This document shows, piece by piece, positions 27,128 to 37,564 of a DNA stretch of 64,000 nt. The stretch spans positions 327,918,001-327,982,000 of the forward strand of contig CM126204.1 in assembly GCA_052327205.1 (NCBI GenBank). The letters run 5' to 3'. How positions within the stretch are numbered: position 1 is the first letter of the stretch; every line of letters begins with the position of its first letter. This DNA comes from Somniosus microcephalus. Taxonomy: Eukaryota. A program made the position numbers and the translations under genes. A model generated the notes under the pieces. That model worked only from the letters and a program-made list of their open reading frames with translations, was not told the DNA's origin and ran no database searches.

Positions 27128-30100
27128 AAGTGTCTGAGCGTAGCTGCTATAAAGGTCACAATGAATGGAGAAGATTTCCCGTGTGCTGCATAAGAAAATT
27201 ATGAACCTGTTCTCACTTAAGTCATTTTATAGAAATTAAACTTTATATAATATATCAAACCTCTGCACACATTTCTACAGTATAGGATAGCACTTTCTAT
27301 GATCCCAGTCCTGTGTGAAAATACAATCTCAAGAACACAAGTACTCAAAAAAGTTTTGCAGCTGAGAAGTTTGAGACCATGAGCCAGGGCATCAGCCCAG
27401 ATTTTTTGACAAATTTGAGCTGGCAGGAACAGAGACATTGGACTAAAATGCAGAGGCTCCGAGGAAAATTCTCAAGAGTGCATTCCCTGTTGTATATGTC
27501 AGGGTTTGCTTTCTGCCATGAGTGGCTGCTCGCTAGCCAGGGTAAATTCTACAGGACCCATCAAATTTCACTTATTGGGGTAATTTTGACTTTGTACGAT
27601 AGTGTAAAGTGGTTGATAGTGAAGCGACAGCTCGCTTTATATCTCTCCCGATTTTTATTTCCGTTCTTTTTTCTGATACTGCAGTCATTAATTTTGCCAA
27701 ATAAAATGATAAACCCTGTGATTATATGGCTCTTTGTTCAAATGCATAAATAAGCACGGCTCTATTGATTTCAGTGGCAGTGCAATCAGCTTCACCCATT
27801 TTTTTCCCTGGTGCTGTTTGTTTGCTGCTGGTATTTTCTATTCCTGGTCAGTCTCGCTGGTTTTGGACTGTGCTTACCATCTCATTGAAAATATCCCCAA
27901 ATTAGATGTGCAACCCTATGTTAAAACACTGATTCTCTACACTGCAAATGTTACCGGTGTCCAAAACGCAGCAATTTCATGGCAGAAAGCCGACAATGGA
28001 GCACGGAAACATTGGTTTTAACACCTAGCACCCATGTGGTGAGGGTGAGGAGGAGGTGGTGGTGAGGTTTGAAAATCCACTCCCTCCAATAAACATTGCC
28101 ACCTGTGGAAATTGTTTCCACTCAGTCTTACTCCCTTTCCCCCCGCCCCCCTTCCCTTCACTGTGAACACAGAAATGAAATTGTTGCTGCTGAATATTAA
28201 TAATCATATAACTGCCAAGAAATGTTATGCTTGGTTCAGGATTTCTATAAACCCTGGATAAAAATAGCCAATTGGCAGATCTTTGTATCTTCGCTCATTT
28301 AAAGCTCTCAGTCAGCAATTCAATTTAAATAAAAGCAGCAGAAACCACTTAACAAAAGCATTACTTTATACAACACTGATTAGACTTCTAATATGTGGTG
28401 AAATTTGGCAGTGTGGAAACCATACTTAGTACAGATAATTAAGATTTTAATGATTCGTATCAGAATTTTGTATTTTGAAGGAACTGGAATTTCTATACAA
28501 CAGGGGTGACTAGTTTGTATATTGGAATTTCTAAACCTGGATGAGGCATTGATTTACTTGGAGTTAGCCTCTTTAGTACTGCATCAATCTGATCACTCTA
28601 TCACAACTTATAATGCAAGGCAAGATATCCTGAACTTCTGGGCACACCTACCTTTGGGGGATTCTTTAGTCCCTCAGTACAACAAAATACCAAATATCCC
28701 TGAGGGGAATGCACCTGCAAATCCCTCTAAAATGAACAATGAAAATACCAAAGCACCAATTGTGAAGATTCAATCTTTTCATACATTTAAGACAATTGCT
28801 GACAGTCACACGTAATTTATTCCATTCCTTTCCGAAAACAAATTGGGCCTGTCACTAACTGCTTTACAGCAGACAGCTGTCGATGTAAGGGAGAGAGGAC
28901 ACAAAAAAGTTTTAAGCGTTTAATCGCACTGCTAAGAGTCCGTTATATTTGTGATGGGTTATATGGGAAAGCATACAGCTGACTCCTATTAAAACACATT
29001 AAGAAGGTCTATGAAATGCTAGCATAGGTCACTTTTCCCCTTCATTGGGTACTCAGCCCCTCCCCCCGCCTATGTAACCATGCACTATTCCTCACCATAC
29101 AAGATGCAGAAAGGCAGTCAACCTGTTCCGAGAACTCTTGGAATGCTGCACTATGTTGGAAACACTATGGCAGGGATTGGAGAGAGGAAGAGGTGACTCA
29201 ACTTCCCTTCTCTCCCTTTAGGGAAGTGTCAAGCAATTTGCTGCCCATCTTTTCCCCAGAGCACCCTCACTGATAGGAGAAATAAGATCAGGAACTTGGG
29301 CATTACAACAGTGACTACACTTCAAATAGTACTTCATTGGCTGTAAAGCGCTTTGCAACGTCCGGTGGTCATGAAAGGCGCTATAGAAATGCAAGTCTTT
29401 CTTTTCTTTCATTGGGGAATTATCAGCATGAGCCTATATCCCGTTGCTCCATGGCACAGTGCAATGATACATAAAACAGTGCCACCATGCTATTCTAGAC
29501 CAAACACAGGTGACTCCAGTCAATTCTAATCCAAACATAACATTATAATGTACCAAACTGCTCCCATTCAAATTTGCAATATCAAATCCCTATCCAGGCA
29601 GAACACTTAAAATAAATCCCAACTCCTACCACAAATTATTCTCCCATTATACCTATATTTTTATTACTCATCCTACTGACCATCATCAGTCCATCACATC
29701 ATTTATCGTTTGCTTACTAATAATCTTTTGTATTTAACAGTTTAAAGTTGGCTTCCAAATTGTGTAAAGTTTAGATACAAATTGTGTAAATTGGTCAATT
29801 TTAAATGATTTTTTTTAGTATTCCTGCTTCAAGCTGACGTAGATCCAGGAATACTATTTCTTGGGAAGTTATGTTATGCACGTGCAATGGAAAAGAAAAT
29901 CCGGAGGGATGTATAACGGGTGGCTGATTCCATGTCGGCCATTTTACACTATCGTCCAGAGTCAATATTACCCCCACTGTATCACTGAAGCATGATGTCA
30001 TTCACACTCAGAGATGAATGACATCATTACCGATTGTGTGATAATGAATATGTGAGAATGACTAAAGTGTGGAAATCACAGCAAAAAGATCAGATGGCAT

Positions 30101-30856
30101 CATTAAGTCAAAAATGAGCTTATTGCCATAAATGAGTTCATGGTAGATTGGCTAATACCCTGTTTTATAAGGACATAGGTGTTATACCATGTAATATATA
30201 ATGTATTATTCTGCTAAAGTGGATTATGTCTGTTTAAGGCCATTGTCTAAAGGGTCGATTTTAACCCTGCCCACCCGGCGGGAACGTCCTGGGGAAGGTC
30301 AGAGTTTAATTGTTCCTCAGGCGGTAAGACAGACTCTCCCTTTCTTTCACTCTTTTTAAGTGTAATTGGTCATTAAGTCAGGGGTTGCAACAATACATTC
30401 TGTTATACTGTGTACGAACATTTTCTAAATGTAATATTAGTCTACTGAGAGCAATTGTAAGGCAGTAATTTCATTGAGGGGTTCAGATGACTTCATAAAC
30501 CTCAAGAGTGAAGCTCAAACAGCTTCTAACCACATCTATACCCAGATATATGAATATTAAATCTATTCCATGTCCCATTATTCTTAAATACATTCGTGAA
30601 GTTGATATTTGTATTTCATTTCTGCTCCATTTCTTTTTCCATTGTCATGTACAGCCAGGATTTGCTATGCAACTGATATGAGATAATGGGCCTAGATTTT
30701 CATCTGTGGTGGATTTAGTACCAAAATAGTACCAAAGCTGTACTTTTGCCAGTCAGTGTAACACCTCCCAGAATCAGTCCAATTTTCCTCAGTTCACCTT
30801 CATTACATATTCATGGTGGATTTCTGGTGCTATTAGCACCCTCTATAGACAGTACA

Positions 30857-31683
30857 AATCAAATCAAATCAAATCAACTTTTATTGTCATTGTTAGTGCA
30901 CAAGTGCAGTACAACGAAATGTAGGCTTGCGGCTCCCGAGAGTGTACAATTTGGATTAGGACACTTAACATTTCAACATACATTTGTACATATATATTAG
31001 CATAAATATGACCATAATAAAGTGCATTGGCAGATGTGCAGGCTTTAGAGTTTATTTGTGGAGTTCAGTAGGATGACAGCCCTGGGAAAGAAGCTGTTCC
31101 TAAATCTGGTCGTACGGGTGCGAATGCATCTGTAGCGTCTTCCAGATGGTAGGAGGGCGAACAGACTGTGGCTGGGGTGGGTAGGGTCTTTGATGATGGA
31201 CCGTGCCCTCCGTAGGCAGCGTTTCTGATATATATGTTCTATGGTCGGTAGCCGGGTGCCGGTAATGCGTTGGGCAGTTTTGACTACCCGCTGCAGGGCT
31301 TTCCGGTCATGGGAGCTACAGCTGCCGTACCATACCGTGATACAGTTTGTCAGGATGCTCTCTATAGTGCAGCGGTAGGAGTTAGAGAGGATCGGGGGTG
31401 ACAGATTACATCCCTTCAGCCTCCTCAAGAAATATAGGCGCTGCTGGGCCTTCTTCACCAGAGAGGAGGTGTTGAGGGACCAGGAGAGGTCTTCCGTGAT
31501 GTGGACTCTGAGGAACTTAAAGCTGGCCACCCTTTCCACTTCCGCCCCATTGATGTGGATGGGGGTGTGACTTCCGCCTTTGGACTTCCTGAAGTCCACG
31601 ATTATTTCCTTTGTTTTCTTGGTGTTAAGGGCCAGGTTGTTGTCGGCGCACCACTTCACGAGATGCTGGACCTCCTCCCTGTA
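30857..31683 (-). mobile_element. Second, more 5'-truncated Rex1/Babar LINE copy with (GATTT)n tail
   Basis: Near-identical to 31949-32755; 204-codon open frame. Confidence 0.9.
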
Positions 31684-31930
31684 CTGATAGGTTTAGATGA
31701 AGTAGGTTGGGAGGAGGCTCGTGTGGAGCATAAACACCAGCACAGACCAGTTGGGCTGAATAGCCTGTTTCTGTGCTGTAAATTCAATGTAAATCCAGTG
31801 CTGCTACAACAGCTGAAAGGGCTAAGGCAGCCATTGTTATTGGTAACTAGGTGGCTCACAAGTTCGTGTGGAGCATAAACACCAGCACGGACCTGTTGGG
31901 CCGAATGGCCTGTTTCTGTGCTGTAAATAC

Positions 31931-32902
31931 TAATCATAATCATAATCAACTTTATTGTCATTGTTAGTGCACAAGTGCAGTACAACGAAATGTAGGCTTG
32001 CGGCTCCCGAGAGTGTACATTTAGATTAAGACATTTAAACATTCAACATTCATTTGGCTTGTAATACATTAACATAAATATAACCATAATAAAGTGCACT
32101 GGCAGATGTACAGGCTTTAGAGTTTATTTGTGGAGTTCAGTAGGATGACAGCCCTGGGAAAGAAGCTGTTCCTAAATCTGGTCGTTCGGGTGCGAATGCA
32201 TCTGTAGCATCTCCCAGATGGCAGGAGGGCGAACAGACTGTGGCTGGGGTGGGTAGGGTCTTTGATGATGGTCCGTGACCTCCGTAAACAGCGTTTCTGG
32301 TATATGTGCTCTATGGTCGGTAGCCGGGTGCCGGTAATGCGTTGGGCAGTTTTGACTACCTGCTGCAGGGCTTTCCGGTCATAGTAGCTACAGCTGCCAT
32401 ACCATACTGTGATACAGTTCATCAGGATGCTCTCTATTGTGCAGCGGTAAAAGTTAGAGAGGATCAGGGGTGACAGGTTACATCCCTTCAGTCTCCTTAG
32501 GAAATATAGGCGCTGCTGGGCCTTCTTCACCAGAGAGGAGGTATTGAGGGACCAGGAGAGGTCTTCCGTGATGTGGACTCTGAGGAACTTAAAGCTGTCC
32601 ACCCTTTCCACCACAGCCCCATGGATGTGGATGGGGGTGTGACTTCCGCCTTTAGACTTCCTGAAGTCCACAATGATTTCTTTGGTTTTCTTGATGTTAA
32701 GGGCCAGGTTGTTATCGGCGCACCACTTCACGAGATGCTGGACCTCCTCCCTGTAGGTTGACTCATCGTTGTTGGTGATCTGGCCTACTACCGTGGTATC
32801 ATCCGCAAACTTGATGATGGTGTTGGAACCATGAACAGCCACACAGTCGTGGGTGAAGAGGGAGTAGAGGAGGGGGCTCAGCACACATCCTTGTGGGGCC
32901 CC
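31931..32902 (-). mobile_element. Rex1/Babar-type LINE, 3' part (RT C-terminus, 3'UTR, (GATTAT)n tail), split by the LTR element
   Basis: APQGCVLSPLLYSLFTHDC...KFADDTT...KTKEIIVDFRK...KKAQQRLYFLRRL; 255-codon open frame; microsatellite tail. Confidence 0.9.
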
Positions 32903-33158
32903 TGTAAAATCTGTGGGTTATATTGCAAATTATTACACAGACTACAAGAGTAAACTTTAACAGGACTTTACTATTCGAAGGTCAGGGCGAATCTGCCCAA
33001 TCACTCATTACACAGCACTTATATACCGGTGTGGTCACCACCGGTATTACAGTATACCGCAGCCAAGATAAGTAGTGCAACACCTAAAATAGTTCTCTTA
33101 AAGGTGGACGGTTACATACAATAGTTCTCTTAAAGGTAGAACAGTTACATACACTACA
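32903..33158 (-). repeat. 3' LTR
   Basis: Direct repeat of 37304-37559, preceded on the minus strand by the polypurine tract AAAAAGGGAGGAT (33159-33171). Confidence 0.95.
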
Positions 33159-33233
33159 ATCCTCCCTTTTTAGCTTACAACATACTTATTCCCCATTAAA
33201 CATAACATCATAACATATATCCAACTTCATGTA

Positions 33234-33349
33234 AAAACAGTTCACAGATGTAGTCTCTGCGGAAAACAGTTCACAGATTCAGTCTCTGCGGAAAACAGTT
33301 CACAGATTCAGTCTCTGTGGAAAACAGTTCACAGATTCAGTCTCTGTGG
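33234..33349. repeat. 29-bp tandem repeat x4 in the LTR element's 3' region
   Basis: Unit AAAACAGTTCACAGATTCAGTCTCTG(C/T)GG; reads PQRLNL-stop on the minus strand. Confidence 0.9.
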
Positions 33350-34038
33350 AGGCGCCTCCTGTGCTTCTTGACTCGGTCTGGACAACGCCTCGGTGGTGTA
33401 GCAGTTCCCTGTGGTGTAGTCGGTTCACTTTGCTGGGGTGACTCATCCAATAGTCCTTCACTGGACTTAACAGCTTGAACTTCCGTCACTTCTGAACCAG
33501 CATTGCTGACTTCTAAAAGCTTGAGTACCTTGGGAAGTTTTTCTACTTCCAAACTGATTTGGTTCCGTTCGGAGGGACCATGTGCGTGATCTGGTAGGGG
33601 TGATAATGGTTCAGATGGGTCATCTTCTTCTGTTTCGTCTTTTCCTTTCCTGCTTCTTGGAGACTCTCTGTGCTCCGCTGCCAGCCGCATGCACAGTTCC
33701 TCCTCCTCTTTCTCCTCTTGCCTTAGCAGCGCCACCATCTCCCGGTGTTTCTTAGACTTTTTGTGATTCTTCAGGGTTTTTGCACTTCGGAAGATTTCCC
33801 CACAAGCTGGGCAGAACAGGTCATCGTTATATTCGGTGTCGTTCAACAGGACGTGGTAATAATCGGTGTCGTCCTGAGCTAGGCCAGCGAGAGGGTCTTT
33901 TATTTCCTCCATGCCCAGCTGGACGTTAGTCAGCTTTTGTTCCAATTCCAGACATCTCTCCTGAAGAGACTTCTTCATGTGTTCAGCTTCCTCCAGCTTT
34001 TTCTGGGCTTCCTGCAAGTCTCTTACTAATGACCTCAT
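33337..34038 (-). CDS. In-frame continuation after a single TGA: rest of the optineurin-like coiled coil, a DNAJC21-like C2H2 finger and a remnant pol tail
   Basis: [23 protein letters not shown] continues the OPTN alignment. [34 protein letters not shown] matches the recalled DNAJC21 zinc finger. Confidence 0.8.
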   Translation of the reverse strand: MRSLVRDLQEAQKKLEEAEHMKKSLQERCLELEQKLTNVQLGMEEIKDPLAGLAQDDTDYYHVLLNDTEYNDDLFCPACGEIFRSAKTLKNHKKSKKHREMVALLRQEEKEEEELCMRLAAEHRESPRSRKGKDETEEDDPSEPLSPLPDHAHGPSERNQISLEVEKLPKVLKLLEVSNAGSEVTEVQAVKSSEGLLDESPQQSEPTTPQGTATPPRRCPDRVKKHRRRLHRD

Positions 34039-35553
34039 TCATGATTTCAATACTTCAACTTCATTCGGAGATTGATTGATCGTATTATTCAATCCCTCTA
34101 CTGGAGCAGTTGTTTCAGCATTCTGTTGTTCAACATTGACGTGAGTCAGCGTACTTTTGGCATCCAAGGGTTGCTCTGCTGCCATCTTCTCAGTCTGTGT
34201 TGCAACCTCAGCTATTTCAATAACTTTTGAGCGCTCCAACCCCCTCTCCTTTGAAGATTTAAGCTCATGTTCAAATTGTTCCCATTTCAGAGTCTTGTCC
34301 CTCAGCATATGAAGGAGTTGGCTGACCGTTAACTCTTCTGACATCATCCGTTTCCCAGTAGCTGCAGGGATGTTTATAACCTTGCCCTGGGGCTCCTTTG
34401 CTGTTTCTACTTCGCCATCATCCGCAGCCTCCACCATTCGAATTTCCACAAATGAATCGTCCGGTGATGCTGCACCCAACTTCAGTAGGAGCTCGGAATT
34501 CATGGCGACCAAATCAGCCTTTTCTGCCTGCAACCTGCTAACAAGCGCCTTCAGTTGCTGAACATCTTGCTCCACCAGATTAGCGCACGCACCTTCAGAA
34601 ACCGAATCAGCTTTGATTCGTTTGGCCTCCTCGCGCAGACGGTTTGTGTGCTCCTGCTCCCTTTTCTCCATCAGCTGCTTCTGTTGTCTTTCCAGATTCT
34701 CCCACTCTGTGTCAAAGAACGTTTTCATTGCTTTCATCTCTTGCTCAAGACGGCAACTCAATTGTTCTAATTGCTGTTGTAATTTGAAATGGAGTTGAGT
34801 TCGAGCCCGGTGTTCCTCAGAATTGTGCATGTCTGTAAACTGGACAGACTCAGAATTCTCTGTCAAACTATGTTGTTGTTGTTCAGTGGAATTCTGTTCT
34901 GAAACTTTGTTCTCCTCTGAAGCATAAGCATTTATGCGCTCCTTCGTTTTTCCAACCTTAGTCAGCAAGTCCATTTTAGACTTGTCTTTCGCACCTGGGC
35001 TGGTCTTATCGTCATCAGTTTCAGAGTCTGAGCTGATTGTCTTCACCGAGTTCTCACTCGTTATTGCTTTTAGGTAGTGCCATTCCATGTTTATTTCCCT
35101 GATCCACTCCCGTCCCAGAAGTGGTGGACCTCCCTCAGGTAGTACATATAAGTCCATTCCTTGGTGTTCTTTGCCCTTGTCTCTCACCTTGACTTTTATC
35201 TTTCCGATGGGGTATACTTTATGCCCCGTGTATGTCTGCAATACGATCTTTGTATCTCTCAAGGGTATATGTGAGAATAGCTGGTTGTAATCCCTTCGAT
35301 TTATGACTGATAGGGCTGATCCTGTGTCCAATTCCATTTTTACTTGGACTCTGGCTATTTTTAGCATGACCCAGATAGTTTGTAGGTCAGCTTCCTTACT
35401 CACATTGTGAATTCTCAGACTACCCAGTTCCTGGCCGTTTGGGTCTGAATCCGAATTCTGTTCATCCGAACTCTTCTCAGCCACCTTGTGTACCTTGCTG
35501 TACTTTTCCTGCGGTGACTTTTTTTGTTGCTGGTCTTCTTTCCTGACCGGCAT
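34039..35553 (-). CDS. Aspartic protease ([12 protein letters not shown]...LLGREW) fused in frame to an SLK/STK10-like coiled coil and an optineurin-like segment
   Basis: Catalytic DTG at 35320-35328. [16 protein letters not shown] and RLQAEKADL...DSFVEIRM...EELTVSQLL were recognised from recalled SLK/STK10 and OPTN sequences. Confidence 0.85.
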   Translation of the reverse strand: MPVRKEDQQQKKSPQEKYSKVHKVAEKSSDEQNSDSDPNGQELGSLRIHNVSKEADLQTIWVMLKIARVQVKMELDTGSALSVINRRDYNQLFSHIPLRDTKIVLQTYTGHKVYPIGKIKVKVRDKGKEHQGMDLYVLPEGGPPLLGREWIREINMEWHYLKAITSENSVKTISSDSETDDDKTSPGAKDKSKMDLLTKVGKTKERINAYASEENKVSEQNSTEQQQHSLTENSESVQFTDMHNSEEHRARTQLHFKLQQQLEQLSCRLEQEMKAMKTFFDTEWENLERQQKQLMEKREQEHTNRLREEAKRIKADSVSEGACANLVEQDVQQLKALVSRLQAEKADLVAMNSELLLKLGAASPDDSFVEIRMVEAADDGEVETAKEPQGKVINIPAATGKRMMSEELTVSQLLHMLRDKTLKWEQFEHELKSSKERGLERSKVIEIAEVATQTEKMAAEQPLDAKSTLTHVNVEQQNAETTAPVEGLNNTINQSPNEVEVLKS

Positions 35554-36221
35554 ACTTTAGCTATGTGACCAAGCTTGCCACATTTTCTACATTCCTGGTT
35601 TTTAAACCAGCATTGGTTCTGGTCGTGTGTTGTCTTCCCACAACGATAACATTTCATTGTACCCGAAGTCATTTGATCCACGCTGAGTACCGCTGCCTTC
35701 AGCTGCATTTCTGCAGTGCCTCTCGCTGCGGCTTCGTGCGATGCTGCAATAAGGACAGCCTTATCAAGTGTAAGATCGTTCTCTTCTAACAGTCGCTTTT
35801 GTGTTCCTTCCTTCGACAACCCGCACATGAACTTGTCTCTCAATGCCTCTGTCAGATTTTCCCCAAACTGACAGTATTTCGCTAATCTACGCAGTTCAAC
35901 CAAGTATTCCGCATTGCTTTCCTCTTTCCGTTGCGTTCTCGCATAAAATTTGAATCGTTCCGCCAACATCAGCGGTGTGGGGTTCAAATGATCCTTCAGG
36001 ACAGCAACAATATTAGCGAAAGTCTGATCTGCCGGTTTAGCTGGTGATAGAAGACGCTTCAATAGCCTGTATGTCTTCGCCCCCATTGAGTTTAGTAAGG
36101 TTAGAGCTTTATCATCATCTGCTATTTTATTGGCCTCACAATATATCTCGATGCGTTCTACATACGTGGCCCAATCTTCCACCTCGGAATCGAAGTCTTT
36201 GATGTTACCATGCTTAGGCAT
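35415..36221 (-). CDS. gag: Gag of Mag-type Gypsy element
   Basis: ATG at 36221 (MPKHG...). [21 protein letters not shown] and LRDKFMCGL are Mag-like motifs. Two CX2CX4HX4C knuckles lie at 35550-35651. Confidence 0.9.
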   Translation of the reverse strand: MPKHGNIKDFDSEVEDWATYVERIEIYCEANKIADDDKALTLLNSMGAKTYRLLKRLLSPAKPADQTFANIVAVLKDHLNPTPLMLAERFKFYARTQRKEESNAEYLVELRRLAKYCQFGENLTEALRDKFMCGLSKEGTQKRLLEENDLTLDKAVLIAASHEAAARGTAEMQLKAAVLSVDQMTSGTMKCYRCGKTTHDQNQCWFKNQECRKCGKLGHIAKVCRSGKKTSNKKSHRRKSTARYTRWLRRVRMNRIRIQTQTARNWVV

Positions 36222-37292
36222 CTTCACTATCTTTCTGAGAAACAACAACGAATTTGTTCGTTACTTTTTTTTTCCAAAAATGGCGGTTTCTCGCGCTTGT
36301 CTTCTTCCCCGCCCACTTTCAAAATGGCGGTTTCCCACTCCTGTCTTCTTCCCCGCCTACTGGCGGCTTCCCGCGTTTCTTCCCCTGGCAGGAGGGGTAA
36401 GCTTTGCTCTCGGGCGACGACCGCTGGCTTTCGGGGTTCGCAGCCTGCGCGCCGGCTTCAGTGCGTTCTTTGTTCCCTTTTCTTGGCAGGGCAACCGGCG
36501 CTGGGGACAACCCTTTGGCGGCGAACAGTTCCAGCCGCTGGGCGGAATCTCGCTCGGTCTCCCTCGCTCGGTCCCGTTCCCCCTCGCTCGGGCTCTGTCT
36601 CTCCCGCTCGCTCAGGCTCTGTCTCTCCCTCAGCGGCTTCCAATCGCGCCTCCCGGCCCTCTCGCAGTCTGGTCCTTTCCTCCCCCGGCTGCGGCTGAGT
36701 TCTCCGCGGTTTTATTTATTTATTATTATTATTTTTTTTATTTCTTCTCGCGCCTTACGATCCCGGTCGCAGCGCCTCGCGGCCTCGGTAGCTGCCCGGC
36801 CTTTTTCGCCGGTCGCGGTCGAGCTGTCTCACGACGCTGTTGCGTCTCCCAGCCCGCTTGTAGCCCGGTCTCTCACACCAGCTGCATTCCCGCTTGTAGC
36901 CTGGTCTCTCACACCGGCTGCGTTCCCGCTTGTACCGCGGCTTCCGTGCCCTACGCTGCCCCAGTCTCAGTGTCTCTGGCCCCGACTTCTGTCCGGCTCC
37001 TTTCCCCAGACCGTGGTCGAGTTCACCGCCCTTATCCTCCGTTTCTTTTTATTTCCCCCCTACTCACAGTCAACGTGGCCGACTTGCTTCTCGTGGCTGA
37101 TCGGCTCACTCACCACCGTGACAGAAGGGACGATCACTGCCTGTTGCTGATGGAAGGCTTCATGTCTGAATTCTTCCTTCTTCCTTGCTCTGCAGACTCG
37201 AGTCTTCTCTCAGCAGAACGACGAGGGCGGATGCCTCTTCTCGACGCTCGTTAACTGCTTCGGATGTATCGCTGCCGCAGGGTAAGAGCGAA

Positions 37293-37302
37293 CTCGTCGC
37301 CA
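37293..37302 (-). promoter_or_regulatory. Primer-binding site TGGCGACGAG, complementary to the tRNA-Ser(GCT) 3' end
   Basis: Lies 1 nt inside the 5' LTR. It matches the recalled ...CTCGTCGCCA end of vertebrate tRNA-Ser(GCT). Confidence 0.8.
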
Positions 37303-37303
37303 C

Positions 37304-37559
37304 TGTAAAATCTGTGGGTTATATTGCAAATTATTACACAGACTACAAGAGTAAACTTTAACAGGACTTTACTATTCGAAGGTCAGGGCGAATCTGCCCA
37401 ATCACTCATTACACAGCACTTATATACCGGTGTGGTCACCACCGGTATTACAGTATACCGCAGCCAAGGTAAGTAGTGCAACACCTAAAATAGTTCTCTT
37501 AAAGGTGGACGGTTACATACAATAGTTCTCTTAAAGGTAGAACAGTTACATACACTACA
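37304..37559 (-). repeat. 5' LTR
   Basis: TGTAAAATC...CACTACA; identical to 32903-33158 apart from one mismatch I could find (AAGGTAAGT vs AAGATAAGT). TATATAA and AGTAAA are present on the minus strand. Confidence 0.95.
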
Positions 37560-37564
37560 GCCCC

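Larger units (their letters stand above)
32903..37559 (-). mobile_element. Non-autonomous Gypsy (Mag-like) LTR retrotransposon: gag + protease + captured host-gene mosaic, no RT/RNase H/integrase
   Basis: Two 256-bp TG...CA LTRs, GCCCC TSD (32898-32902 and 37560-37564), PBS and PPT, gag with two CCHC knuckles, DTG protease. It interrupts a LINE ORF that resumes on the other side. Confidence 0.95.

Noticed and set aside
33845-33868. DYYHVL as the start of a DnaJ J-domain
   Set aside because: No HPD motif or remaining J-domain helices follow, and the match is too short to call.
33337-34038. env-like third ORF
   Set aside because: It has no signal peptide or transmembrane segment. It is the in-frame continuation of the optineurin-like block.
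33697-34818. Genuine optn, slk/stk10 or dnajc21 loci
   Set aside because: These are only partial, intronless, fused fragments enclosed by LTRs and a TSD.
35515-35530. Canonical -1 ribosomal slippery site between gag and pro
   Set aside because: In the gag frame the heptamer is C AAA AAA, not X XXY YYZ. A one-base homopolymer deletion explains the offset more simply, though recoding is not excluded.
36130-37254. 374-aa plus-strand ORF and overlapping ORFs in the LTR element leader
   Set aside because: They are antisense to gag and the GC-rich, internally repetitive leader, start at non-ATG codons and have no recognisable domain.
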